This document shows positions 35,365-44,599 of a stretch of 64,000 bases of DNA, in pieces; the first letter of the stretch is position 1, and every line of letters starts with the position of its first letter. The stretch is taken from positions 37,376 through 101,375 of IMG/VR virus record IMGVR_UViG_3300046542_000074, one strand, 5' to 3'. The notes under the pieces were generated by a model. The model was not told the DNA's origin, made no database searches, and worked only from the letters and a program-made list of their open reading frames with translations. The DNA is from a virus. The translations under genes and the position numbers were made by a program.

Positions 35365-35617
35365 GAAAGTATACAAACTGGATGTGTCTGACATGGGCAA
35401 CCCAAAGTATACCCTGATGCGTGACCAATACGGACAAATCAGAGCACTTCGACATGGGGAGCCTTGGTATGCAAAGAACGTCGATTTATTGGGTGACAAT
35501 CTTACAGCAGCTTTATTGAACCGAATAGACGAGTTGGAGGATAAGGTTTACAGGCTGGAAGAACAAATTGAGGATGCTTGGCACGATCAACGGGAACGAA
35601 GTGAACGGGAGGACTAG
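35357..35617 (+). CDS. Hypothetical protein
   Basis: ALRHGEPW motif with coiled-coil tail; start approximate. Confidence 0.65.
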   Translation: MTEKVYKLDVSDMGNPKYTLMRDQYGQIRALRHGEPWYAKNVDLLGDNLTAALLNRIDELEDKVYRLEEQIEDAWHDQRERSERED

Positions 35618-35620
35618 AGA

Positions 35621-35821
35621 GTGATTGAAGTATTTGAAAAGCCAACAGATGGCACACAGTTTATTGCAGCTTGGACTTATCAGGGGAATCTTTGGTCTGG
35701 TAATTATCGTTACTGCAATGATGCAGAGGACTTCCAAGAATACAAAGACGAGGATGAGAGCTGGGGTCGTGCTGGATTTCCCATTGATGAGTCCTCTATT
35801 AAATATTTCGTAGCAAACTAA
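35621..35821 (+). CDS. Hypothetical protein
   Basis: GGAGG RBS, GTG start. Confidence 0.6.
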   Translation: MIEVFEKPTDGTQFIAAWTYQGNLWSGNYRYCNDAEDFQEYKDEDESWGRAGFPIDESSIKYFVAN

Positions 35822-35832
35822 AGGAGAAACAA

Positions 35833-36168
35833 GTGAAACGTTCCACAATCAAATTTGTATGTAACATTGTAGCAGCCACATCACTGACAGCCATGTTGGG
35901 TATTGTAGCTCTCACACCATCTCAAGCTAATGCCAAAGCAGAAGATGAATATTGCGCAGGCTTGTACAATCTTGCCAGCACCATCATGGATGCGCGACAG
36001 TCTGACGTTCCACTGCCGGACGTACTCAAGATCGTCAAAGGTAATGAAATAAGCACTCTGCTGGTGAAGCAAGCTTATTCCAAAGACCAGATGGTTACTG
36101 ACGAATACAAGCAGCGTTCGATTAAGCGCTTTGCTGAAGAAACCTTCGCCATGTGTACCGAGGCTTAA
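35833..36168 (+). CDS. Secreted/periplasmic hypothetical protein
   Basis: Signal peptide; C..LA..IM.ARQ...C. Confidence 0.7.
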   Translation: MKRSTIKFVCNIVAATSLTAMLGIVALTPSQANAKAEDEYCAGLYNLASTIMDARQSDVPLPDVLKIVKGNEISTLLVKQAYSKDQMVTDEYKQRSIKRFAEETFAMCTEA

Positions 36169-36270
36169 GTATGCCACTGTTCGCTGTCGCTTGGTACATC
36201 GGCATCATGGTTGTGCCACACTACAAACGTAAGTTGTTTCGTAAGGTGAGTATTTGGAAAGGAGACACCA

Positions 36271-36513
36271 ATGAAAAGTTATTGGGTTGACTGTAACAAG
36301 CTGAAAGACGTAGAAGAGTGGAAAGGGTACGACTACGAGCCAACAGATGTTGATATCGAAGTTGTCCTTATGTCCACTCACAAACTGGAAATTCATAAGT
36401 TGAAGCACGCACTACTTGAGATATCTTTGATCCAAGACCGGTTTAATTGCGGTGACTGGGATGAGATTGAAGAAGCCCGTGGTATTGCAAACAAAGCTCT
36501 TAAAGAACTCTGA
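36271..36513 (+). CDS. Hypothetical protein
   Basis: AAGGAG RBS. Confidence 0.65.
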   Translation: MKSYWVDCNKLKDVEEWKGYDYEPTDVDIEVVLMSTHKLEIHKLKHALLEISLIQDRFNCGDWDEIEEARGIANKALKEL

Positions 36514-36538
36514 CAACTTTAAACACTAGGAGAAATAA

Positions 36539-36709
36539 ATGAACGATTTGATTATCAACAGCAGTGACTGTGACGGTGTGTTCCATGTTCACGCCATCTC
36601 GGAAACAGAGTTTCATATCGATGGTGCAGAGGAACTAGACCTTGATGTGGATGACGCCAAACAACTGCGCGCATGGCTAGACCGATTCATTAACCTACAA
36701 GGAGAGTAA
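36539..36709 (+). CDS. Small hypothetical protein (56 aa, not in ORF track)
   Basis: AGGAG RBS; MNDLIINSSDC...LQGE. Confidence 0.65.
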   Translation: MNDLIINSSDCDGVFHVHAISETEFHIDGAEELDLDVDDAKQLRAWLDRFINLQGE

Positions 36710-36710
36710 C

Positions 36711-37175
36711 ATGCAAGTATTTGGTAATTGGTTGACAAACTGTGCCACTCAAGATGGTGCTGAGTTCTTTCTGTCACTGTACGACATGACGGCTCAACAA
36801 ATGATTGAGCATTACGAACTTGAGAACAACGCAACACTGACCAAAGATGATGTGCAAGCAATTGTCATCCTTGAGTCTGATAGTGATGTGAACCAAGTGT
36901 TTGTATTGGAAGACGGAGATAAGGTGTGCGTGTATGCCGAGGGTTGCTGTGATACTATTTTCAATACTGATGGTTTTGCCTTCATGGAAGTTTGGAATAG
37001 TGGGGTGCTGAGCGGACTCTATGCCATTGACAATTCCCCATACCAACTGGTAGATGCTTGCGACATGGCTGATAATGAAGACATTGACTTTACAGACTTG
37101 AAAGAACATCTGCTGAAAGAGTATAATCTCAGCCGCGTAACATTTGAGAACACGATTTTCATTCGTCAATTGTAA
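36711..37175 (+). CDS. Acidic hypothetical protein
   Basis: AAGGAG RBS. Confidence 0.7.
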   Translation: MQVFGNWLTNCATQDGAEFFLSLYDMTAQQMIEHYELENNATLTKDDVQAIVILESDSDVNQVFVLEDGDKVCVYAEGCCDTIFNTDGFAFMEVWNSGVLSGLYAIDNSPYQLVDACDMADNEDIDFTDLKEHLLKEYNLSRVTFENTIFIRQL

Positions 37176-37185
37176 GGAGGGTACG

Positions 37186-38853
37186 TTGGGGTACGAGAAA
37201 AAGAAGTTCAATAAGTCTGGAGAAGTAATGCAGGAGTATGTACCAAAAGAAACAATCAAGGATATTGCTGAGTATAAAGCTCGTGATATCCCTGAGCGGG
37301 GCATTCGTAAAGAAACACTGGAGAGGTTTGGTGTAAAGGTTGCTGTCGATACCAAAGATGGCGTGACACCAATTGCAGTATACTTCCCGTCGTTCAACCA
37401 GAAAGACCAAGTAACAGGTTATACCAAGCAAGACCTTACCAAGTCAAAGGAAGAGAAATACCACTGGAGTACGGTAGGTTCTGTTAGTATCAGTAACAAG
37501 TTGTTCGGTCAAAGTGTAGCAGAGAAACAATCCCGTAAGCGTAGCAACTTGATTATTACCGAAGGCCAGTGGGACACAATATCCGTATGGCAATCTGGTG
37601 TTGATTCTGTCGCAGGAACCAAGTACGCAGGTATTGAACCTCTAGTTTCAAGTATCCCACTTGGTACTGCCAATGCTGTAGAAAGTATTTTGCACAATGG
37701 TAAGTTTGTGGAGTCTTATGATGCACTGACTATTTTCTTTGATGACGACCACTGTACACCAGCGGAACTCAAGAAAGGAATCATGAAAGGTCATGAAGCT
37801 CGGGATGCTGTAGCTAGTGCAATGGTGGGTAATGGTCAATCGTTGTTCACAATTACACCAGACGATGGATTCAAAGATGCCTCGGATTACATTCAGGCAG
37901 GTAAAAGTGCTGACCTTGCGAAGTTGATTCAATTTGGTAAGCGAGCCTACTCTTCCGAGAAGATCGTAAAGTCTTCTGACATTACTTTGGATGAACTACT
38001 TGAACCACGAGTTGAAGGTTTATATGTAGATTGCTTCCCTGAGCTGATGCGTAAGATTCACGGCTTCCGCTTGCGAGAGTTGGTATTGTTGACCAGTCCA
38101 TCTGGTGTTGGTAAGAGTACTGTAACATCTTTGTTTGCTTCGGCATTCATGGAGAAAGACGAACGACTGGGCATGATCTTTCTGGAAGAGGGTAACAAAG
38201 AAACTCTTCAACGATTGATTGCATTCAAACTCAAAGTTAACTTCCTTGAGTTCAAGAATAACCCGCTGAGTGTTGCAAGTCGTGAGGATATTGCTCGTGC
38301 CAAGGCAGAGATTGATGAGAACGACAAACTCATCATGTTGGGTCACTTCGGTAGTATGCCAATTACTGAGTTGATGGCTAAGATCAAACACATGCACTTG
38401 GTTGAAGGTTGTAAGTACATTGTACTTGATCACTTGAGTTTGGTTATCTCTGGCTCTGGTGTTGCTGATGAACGGAAAGAGTTGGACATGGTGATGACTG
38501 AGCTTGCCGCATTCTGTGCAGCCAATGATGTTTGCATTATCGCCATTAGCCACATTAACCGGACTGGTGCAGAACAATTCAAACCACCACGACTACGTGA
38601 CGGAGAAGAACCACAACCATTTTGGGTTCAAGTGACTAAAGAAATGATGCGTGGTTCTGCTGCACTGGAACAACTGTCTTGGATTATTCTTGGACTTGAA
38701 CCTGAAATTCTGGTTGATCGAAGTCGGGGACGTGTACGACTTGTTGTGTTGAAGAACCGACCTTGGAGTTATCTTGGTGAGGCAGATACATTCTCGATTG
38801 ACAATGAAACTTGGGAAGTGGTGCTATCAGAGGGAGAAGACCGAAGCTATTGA
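37186..38853 (+). CDS. T7 gp4-like primase-helicase (TOPRIM + SF4 helicase) with no N-terminal zinc-binding domain
   Basis: RGI, ITEG..D, FDDD, KDASD; Walker A SPSGVGKST, LDHL, ISH, RGS..LEQLS; AAGGAGG RBS before TTG 37186. Confidence 0.92.
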   Translation: MGYEKKKFNKSGEVMQEYVPKETIKDIAEYKARDIPERGIRKETLERFGVKVAVDTKDGVTPIAVYFPSFNQKDQVTGYTKQDLTKSKEEKYHWSTVGSVSISNKLFGQSVAEKQSRKRSNLIITEGQWDTISVWQSGVDSVAGTKYAGIEPLVSSIPLGTANAVESILHNGKFVESYDALTIFFDDDHCTPAELKKGIMKGHEARDAVASAMVGNGQSLFTITPDDGFKDASDYIQAGKSADLAKLIQFGKRAYSSEKIVKSSDITLDELLEPRVEGLYVDCFPELMRKIHGFRLRELVLLTSPSGVGKSTVTSLFASAFMEKDERLGMIFLEEGNKETLQRLIAFKLKVNFLEFKNNPLSVASREDIARAKAEIDENDKLIMLGHFGSMPITELMAKIKHMHLVEGCKYIVLDHLSLVISGSGVADERKELDMVMTELAAFCAANDVCIIAISHINRTGAEQFKPPRLRDGEEPQPFWVQVTKEMMRGSAALEQLSWIILGLEPEILVDRSRGRVRLVVLKNRPWSYLGEADTFSIDNETWEVVLSEGEDRSY

Positions 38854-38855
38854 AC

Positions 38856-38893
38856 AAAGGAGCCTTGCGCTCCTTTTTGTTTTTGTGTAGAAT
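38856..38893 (+). promoter_or_regulatory. Overlapping terminator and promoter before DNA polymerase
   Basis: AAAGGAGC-cttgc-GCTCCTTT plus T tract; TTGCGC-17-TAGAAT. Confidence 0.6.
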
Positions 38894-38921
38894 CAACGGG
38901 TTAATTCAATAGGAGAGAATT

Positions 38922-40538
38922 TTGAAGGCCATTACAAACTGGAGAAACGCAACAGTATTTGACGCGGAGTCTGATGGATTCCTTGATGTTGCAACTAAGC
39001 TACATGTACTGTCGTATCAAATGCAAATGAAGGGTGTGTCAAGCTTTAATGCTGCACTACAAACAGAGCGTATCAAGGCTTTGTTCATCTGGCATATGGA
39101 TAATAAAGTACCTGTCGTCGCACACAATGGTATTTGTTTCGACATTCCACTGATCGAGAAACTTCTTGGACTCGACCTGACAAACTTGATGGTGATCGAT
39201 ACCCTTGCTATTAGTTGGTATTTGAATCCCGAGAGGAACTTGCATGGTCTGGATTCCTTTCACGAGGATTACGGTATTGCGAAACCAAAGGTACAAGATT
39301 GGGATAACCAACCGTATGAAGTTTACGAGAACCGTTGCCAAGAAGACGTTAAGATCAACAAAGCACTTTGGGAAGACCTGAAGTCTCGGTTGATTGACAT
39401 GTACTCACGCGCCAAAGTTGAGATTGATCTTGGTAAAGTGGGTGGCAAGCGTATGTTCCCAACTGAGGTCATTTACATTGACCAGTACAAGGGGAGTACT
39501 GTAGACGAAGCAATTGATCGTATCCTGACATTCCTGATGTTCAAGATGGATTGTGCCCGTCTGCAAGAGCGTACTCAGTGGGAAGCGGACGTTGTTTCAT
39601 TGACTGCTTCACAAGAAAAGCTGAGTAAGATCGTACTTGAGGCAAAGGCTAAGCTTGAGTCTGTAATGCCTAAAGTACCTAAGTACACGTTGAAAAAGAA
39701 GCCAGCAGACCCATATAAGATGAGTGGTGACTTGTCTGTTCATGGTGAGAAGTGGTTTAAGGTATTGGCTCAGTTCGAAGCTAAAGAGGTTGATGACCTC
39801 GGCAACTTGATGGTTAAAGAGTCCAACAAACCAAACGAACTTAAGACCTTGAAAGAGTATGAACCACCTTCTGCATCGTCACCTTTGCAGATTAAGTCTT
39901 TCTTGTTCTCCAAGGGTTGGGTGCCGTTAACTTTCAAGTATGAGAAAGATGAGGAACTGTTTGCAGCATGGGTTGCCAGTAAACCAAAGGAAGGCGCTCA
40001 ACGGGGATCTTGGACTGCTTGGAAAGCTAAGAAGCCACCAGAGCGAGAGATTCCACAAGTAACTAAAGCAGGCGAAGACGGAAAAGAGTTGTGCCAATCT
40101 GTCTTGGACTTGGCCGAAGAAATTCCAGAGATTATGTTGTATGCCGATTACAACGTAGCGAAACACCGTCTTGGTGTAGTGGATGGATTCCTTCGTGACT
40201 TGCGGGATGGTAAGTGGTTGCAAGCTCGTATTGGTGGTTTCACTAACACATTGCGAGTACAACATCGGGAACTTGTGAACTTGCCGGGAGTTGATAAAGC
40301 TCACGGGGAAGACATTCGTGGGGGTTTGATTGCTGGATTCAAGAAAATTCTTCTTGGTTCTGACATGTCAAGTCTTGAGGATAGGATTAAAATTAACTTC
40401 ATGATGACACACGACCAAGTTTATGTGGAACAGCTTAGTGAGAAGGGGTACGACCCACACCTAGCAATGGCTGTGGTTGCTGGCATGATTACAGAAGACG
40501 AGAAGGAGTTCTACAAATGGTACAAAGCGAACCACTAA
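38922..40538 (+). CDS. DNA polymerase family A, N-terminal fragment (3'-5' exonuclease, thumb, motif A)
   Basis: Exo motifs FDAESDG, AHNG..FD, C..DV; TNTLR, NLP, motif A SDMSSLEDR, DPH. Confidence 0.92.
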   Translation: MKAITNWRNATVFDAESDGFLDVATKLHVLSYQMQMKGVSSFNAALQTERIKALFIWHMDNKVPVVAHNGICFDIPLIEKLLGLDLTNLMVIDTLAISWYLNPERNLHGLDSFHEDYGIAKPKVQDWDNQPYEVYENRCQEDVKINKALWEDLKSRLIDMYSRAKVEIDLGKVGGKRMFPTEVIYIDQYKGSTVDEAIDRILTFLMFKMDCARLQERTQWEADVVSLTASQEKLSKIVLEAKAKLESVMPKVPKYTLKKKPADPYKMSGDLSVHGEKWFKVLAQFEAKEVDDLGNLMVKESNKPNELKTLKEYEPPSASSPLQIKSFLFSKGWVPLTFKYEKDEELFAAWVASKPKEGAQRGSWTAWKAKKPPEREIPQVTKAGEDGKELCQSVLDLAEEIPEIMLYADYNVAKHRLGVVDGFLRDLRDGKWLQARIGGFTNTLRVQHRELVNLPGVDKAHGEDIRGGLIAGFKKILLGSDMSSLEDRIKINFMMTHDQVYVEQLSEKGYDPHLAMAVVAGMITEDEKEFYKWYKANH

Positions 40539-41083
40539 CGTTGTATGGGTTCACAAAAGAAGAGTTCCTTGGTTTCACCTATGTGGATGTAACTTCGCCG
40601 TCGGGTTTGAGGTGGGCGAAGGGCGCCAGTTCAACGGCAACAAAGGGAAGTGTTTTCGGCACATACTCCCGTGCTGTAAAGCACCCATGTTGGCGAGTGA
40701 AGTACAATGGAGTTCCCATGGTGGTGGCAAGGGTGTTGTATTTTCTGACAAAAGGAATCCCACCAGTTGGTTTTGTAGATCACAGGAATGGGGATACTTA
40801 TGACCATAACCACGATAACTTAAGGGATGTCGTGATTAAGGTTAACTGCGAGAACAGGGTTGTGCTAAATGAAACAGGCGTACCCGGTGTTTATTTTTCT
40901 GATGGAAGGTGTCCGTCTTGGAGATGCCAAGGTGTTTCTGCTGATGGCGTTAGGTGGGTGAAAAGTTACTCAGTAAATAAATACGGCTATGAAAATGCCT
41001 TGTCCCTTGCCAAAAAGCACCGTCTTGGTAAAGAGGAAGAAAACAACACACAAACTAGGAGAAAGACACTTGTTGACACTTGA
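40517..41083 (+). mobile_element. HNH homing endonuclease gene inserted into the DNA polymerase gene
   Basis: VDHRNGD...N..DNLR.V....N..N; AP2-like C-terminus; AAGGAG RBS at 40503. Confidence 0.88.
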
Positions 41084-41660
41084 CCAAATGAAAGCCCTAC
41101 CACCAGAGAAGCAAAAAGAAATCATTGCAAAAATCACGGCAGCACGTAAAAAAGGCAAGACAACCAACTACGCAAGTGTGTATAATGCAGGTGCGGCAGC
41201 GATTGCTCGGGCTGCTGGTGTTAGTTTGGAAGAGGGTAAGATTCTACACGAGGCTTACTGGAAACTGAACTGGGCAGTAAAAGCTATTGCCGAAGAACAG
41301 ATTGTCATCACAGACAAACGCGGTAATAAGTGGTTGATCAACCCGGTTAACGGCTTCCTGTATTCCTTGCGTAAAGACTCTGACCGATTCAGTACGTTGG
41401 CTCAGGGTACTGGCTCATATATGTTTGATATGTGGGTTGACGCAGTGTTGGAAGAGATGTATAGTCTGTTCAAGCGCAAGACTCTGACTGGATCTTTTCA
41501 CGATGAGCTGATTTTGTGTATTGCTGACGACGAGAAGTGGAAAAATCTTTTCAAAGAAATTGTTGAAAAGGCTATTGACACCATCAACGAACGGTATAAA
41601 CTACGACGGCTGCTGGGTTGCGATGTTCAATTTGGCTACCGTTATTCGGAAATTCACTAA
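41070..41660 (+). CDS. DNA polymerase family A, C-terminal fragment (motifs B and C)
   Basis: R..GK..NYA..Y motif B, FSTL.QG, FHDE motif C, ends EIH; AGGAG RBS 41057-61 before TTG 41070. Confidence 0.9.
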   Translation: MLTLDQMKALPPEKQKEIIAKITAARKKGKTTNYASVYNAGAAAIARAAGVSLEEGKILHEAYWKLNWAVKAIAEEQIVITDKRGNKWLINPVNGFLYSLRKDSDRFSTLAQGTGSYMFDMWVDAVLEEMYSLFKRKTLTGSFHDELILCIADDEKWKNLFKEIVEKAIDTINERYKLRRLLGCDVQFGYRYSEIH

Positions 41661-41674
41661 CTAGGAGAAACTAA

Positions 41675-42028
41675 GTGACAGCTAAAACAAACTTCGCTAT
41701 TCGCACCACCGATAAGACATTCAAGTCCAACGTTAATACACTGGAAGCTCTTGGGTATCAAATCTTCCCTGATACCAAAAAAGCAGCACAACGTGGCGAT
41801 AGAATTTCAAACCGCATGGATGGGTGGGATGCTCTTAGTCCACAGGATGGTGGGATCGCTCGTGCTAGTTTTAGTAGCAGCCACCGCTTCCTGTTCGAAA
41901 ACATTTCCGACTTCCTAGAGTGGCACTTCACACCAGAACAAACACAAGAACAACTGGAAATTGCTAAGTTGGAAGGTAAGATCAAAGTTATGCAAGATCG
42001 TATTGCGTGCTTGAAGGAAGTTTCGTAA
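41675..42028 (+). CDS. Hypothetical protein with coiled-coil tail
   Basis: AGGAG RBS, GTG start. Confidence 0.7.
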   Translation: MTAKTNFAIRTTDKTFKSNVNTLEALGYQIFPDTKKAAQRGDRISNRMDGWDALSPQDGGIARASFSSSHRFLFENISDFLEWHFTPEQTQEQLEIAKLEGKIKVMQDRIACLKEVS

Positions 42029-42029
42029 G

Positions 42030-42344
42030 ATGCTAGGCTTTACAGCCCGCTGGGTATTTCACTTCTACGATGGTGAGTACATTGAAACTCTGGAGAGCGA
42101 GATTACGGAGTCTGAATTTACAGCAGACGATGATATCTGCGACGAAGAGATTGGCACTTATATGCCTTTGTGGGAGTCTGCTCTAGAGGAAGCAAAGAAA
42201 TACAAAAGTGGTGATCACACTGAGATGGTGGAAGTGCTTGCAGGATGTGAAGTGTGGTATTCCCGTGATGACTTCACGAGAGAAGTGGACGCTGATTATG
42301 GCTTCGAAGTTATTTCTGTTAAACAAGTGGAGGATGTATATTGA
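42030..42344 (+). CDS. Acidic hypothetical protein
   Basis: D/E-rich; operon context. Confidence 0.65.
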   Translation: MLGFTARWVFHFYDGEYIETLESEITESEFTADDDICDEEIGTYMPLWESALEEAKKYKSGDHTEMVEVLAGCEVWYSRDDFTREVDADYGFEVISVKQVEDVY

Positions 42345-42613
42345 GCAAAAGAAACAAACAACAAGTTATGGGTGTAAGTGTTGACCTGAAACGTGGTGAC
42401 TTCTCGGAGTCATTCGATTTAGCAGCACAGTTTGAAGTGGTGATTGAGTACAAGAAAGGTGGCACTCCAAAGGATTTCGTTAGTCCTCTTGACACCATCG
42501 GGATTGACGGTGAATACTTGCGAGTCACTAATCACATCAGCGAATATTGCTACAAGTACTTGCTGAAAGATTTGAAATCTGTCATGATTATCCCCACAGA
42601 GTTTTCTTTCTAA
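42341..42613 (+). CDS. Hypothetical protein
   Basis: GGAGG RBS, TTG start. Confidence 0.65.
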   Translation: MSKRNKQQVMGVSVDLKRGDFSESFDLAAQFEVVIEYKKGGTPKDFVSPLDTIGIDGEYLRVTNHISEYCYKYLLKDLKSVMIIPTEFSF

Positions 42614-42620
42614 GAAAAGG

Positions 42621-42650
42621 TTGCAAAACAAAGGATAAGGGTTGTATAAT
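42621..42650 (+). promoter_or_regulatory. Sigma70 promoter for the SSB-like gene
   Basis: TTGCAA-18-TATAAT. Confidence 0.7.
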
Positions 42651-42754
42651 AGACCTTCATCCAGCTAGACATCTAATGGATGTAAAACTGCAAAACTGCT
42701 GTACATATCGGGAATTGTCCCACAAACTATAATCTGCAAAAGGAAAATAAATTA

Positions 42755-43801
42755 ATGTTTCAGTTTCATATCGAAGGCGCCCCAACCAACACTAACACTT
42801 CCGGTGAGTCCACTGGTTCTAAAGTAGATTGGGATGGCCGTCGTGAATATCTGGTAGCGAATTGCGGTACTGCTGAGAAGGCCGAGTCTACCATTGCAAT
42901 TGTTTCTGCTATCGTTGATTGTGGTCTTCAGCCTCAAGAAGACGCCAAGATGGAGTGGAAAGGTACTGATGCACAAAAGTCCGAGATTGAAGCCAAAGGT
43001 GTTGCTGGTCAAACCAAAGAGTACTTCGAAGTATTGCCAAACGATAACAAAGTTCCAACCCTGTATAAGCGCTGGCCTGTAAATGCAACACAGTCCTTCG
43101 CAGTGTTTGTGGATATTCCAAGTGTTCAACTGAATCAAAGCAAGTTCTTCGGTGAAGACGATGGTGAAAGTCACCCACTGCGTATGCTGCTGAACAACGA
43201 ATACTACCAACAAGGTGTTGGCAAGATCGTGAACAAAGGTGGTTACATTGTTAAGGAGAAGAACCATAGCACCACTGGTGGCAAGCAGTATGGTTTGGCT
43301 AAGACCAACACTCTGCACAAACTGGCTGATGCTACTGACAACTTGAACGAAGACAAGCTGTTCAAGCCTCAACAACTGGGCGCTCTGCTGGGTAAAGCAG
43401 TATTGGTTGAATACCAAGTAAATGAAACAGAGTCCAAGGGCAAGAAGTACTTGAACGAGAAAGTTTCTCTGAAAGGTCAAGTTCCGGGCATGATGAAAGC
43501 GATGATCCCAACTCTTGATCCTAAGTATATCTTTGGTGTAAGTTTCAAAGGTGAGCAAGATGAGGCTGTACTGAAGCAGTTGCGTCAATCGGTGATTACC
43601 ACCATGCAACAAGCAACTAACTTCAAAGGTAGTACTCTGGAAGCTGCACTTGTTAAACTTGGTCGAGTTAAGGCAAGCGAAGGGAATAGTGAGGGTGAGC
43701 AAAAAGAACCTGAGCCACAACCGCGTCAACTGGCTCCACAACAAAGTACTCCGCAACCGGCTCCGGATTTCGACAGTTTCGATGACGATATCCCATTTTA
43801 A
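42755..43801 (+). CDS. Putative single-stranded DNA-binding protein
   Basis: Acidic SSB tail DFDSFDDDIPF after a P/Q-rich linker; replication context. Confidence 0.7.
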   Translation: MFQFHIEGAPTNTNTSGESTGSKVDWDGRREYLVANCGTAEKAESTIAIVSAIVDCGLQPQEDAKMEWKGTDAQKSEIEAKGVAGQTKEYFEVLPNDNKVPTLYKRWPVNATQSFAVFVDIPSVQLNQSKFFGEDDGESHPLRMLLNNEYYQQGVGKIVNKGGYIVKEKNHSTTGGKQYGLAKTNTLHKLADATDNLNEDKLFKPQQLGALLGKAVLVEYQVNETESKGKKYLNEKVSLKGQVPGMMKAMIPTLDPKYIFGVSFKGEQDEAVLKQLRQSVITTMQQATNFKGSTLEAALVKLGRVKASEGNSEGEQKEPEPQPRQLAPQQSTPQPAPDFDSFDDDIPF

Positions 43802-43862
43802 TTTGGTTGACTAAAGTAATAAGGCTGGCTAACAAAGCAGCCTCATGAATAAAGGAGAAAGT

Positions 43863-44039
43863 ATGAAAAGTGTAATTGTGTTTGTTCGTAACTACCACGA
43901 TGAAACCGATTGGGTTGAAACTGCGACATTTGGTACTGATTGCCATTATCACAGTGCTGCTCAATTTGTAAGTGAGCTTCAGAAGTTGTATAAACAACAC
44001 AATCCTGATAATGTAATTACTGATGTGGTGATTGGGTAA
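43863..44039 (+). CDS. Small hypothetical protein
   Basis: AAGGAG RBS favours the MKSVIV start. Confidence 0.55.
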   Translation: MKSVIVFVRNYHDETDWVETATFGTDCHYHSAAQFVSELQKLYKQHNPDNVITDVVIG

Positions 44040-44221
44040 TGGGCAGTCAAATGTACACAAAGCAACAAATTCAACAGGCTTTCAAACAATGGCACGCTGA
44101 GAGCATTGCAAACCCTGAAGACTTCGATCAAGCCTACATTCACGCTAATGAAACAAGCGAAGACTACGGCAAAGAAATGGCTGAAGGTCTTATCAACTAC
44201 ATCAACAAACAACCTGTTTAA
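44039..44221 (+). CDS. Small hypothetical protein
   Basis: Coupled to upstream stop. Confidence 0.55.
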   Translation: MGSQMYTKQQIQQAFKQWHAESIANPEDFDQAYIHANETSEDYGKEMAEGLINYINKQPV

Positions 44222-44238
44222 TAATTTAGGAGAAACAA

Positions 44239-44517
44239 ATGACTGAAGAGAATCGCATCACCCTGACCGAAGACCAACTGGCTTCCCGTCTGGTAGAACT
44301 GGAGAAACAAATCGAAGTACTGAAATCTGATGTCAAGGCTGTCAAGAAAGATGCTTCTTTCCATAAAGACGACAACCCAAAGGGTATCGCCAAAGATGAT
44401 GTAAAACGTATTCACAACTCGGCTAAGTTGTTTGTTAAGGATAACTTCTTTGAGAAGCGTGCTGAAGCTCTGGCAACCTTCGCCAAGTTCGAAGAACTGA
44501 ATCCAGATTACAATTGA
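44239..44517 (+). CDS. Putative dsDNA-binding protein (DsbA/GapR-like)
   Basis: RL.ELE..I..L..D.K.V...A..G....V pattern; strong RBS. Confidence 0.45.
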   Translation: MTEENRITLTEDQLASRLVELEKQIEVLKSDVKAVKKDASFHKDDNPKGIAKDDVKRIHNSAKLFVKDNFFEKRAEALATFAKFEELNPDYN

Positions 44518-44542
44518 ATTACAATTAATACATAGAAGTATC

Positions 44543-44575
44543 GGCCTCGCATTCTTCGGAGTGCGGGGCTTTTTG
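44543..44575 (+). terminator. Intrinsic terminator with UUCG tetraloop
   Basis: GGCCTCGCATTC-TTCG-GAGTGCGGGGCT-TTTT. Confidence 0.9.
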
Positions 44576-44599
44576 TTGACTTAAATAAAGGAGATGTAA

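Noticed and set aside
40536-41069. Group I intron or intein in the DNA polymerase
   Set aside because: The HNH ORF spans the entire insert, leaving no dedicated non-coding P3-P9 core. A stop codon and a different reading frame rule out an intein.
40989-41069. ORF-track start for the polymerase C-fragment
   Set aside because: No RBS there; AGGAG plus TTG 41070 is the better start, and the extension is just the alternative frame of the HNH gene.
41575-41602. TTGACA-16-TAAACT inside the polymerase 3' end
   Set aside because: Suboptimal spacing and -10 box, within coding sequence; cannot be supported without TSS data.
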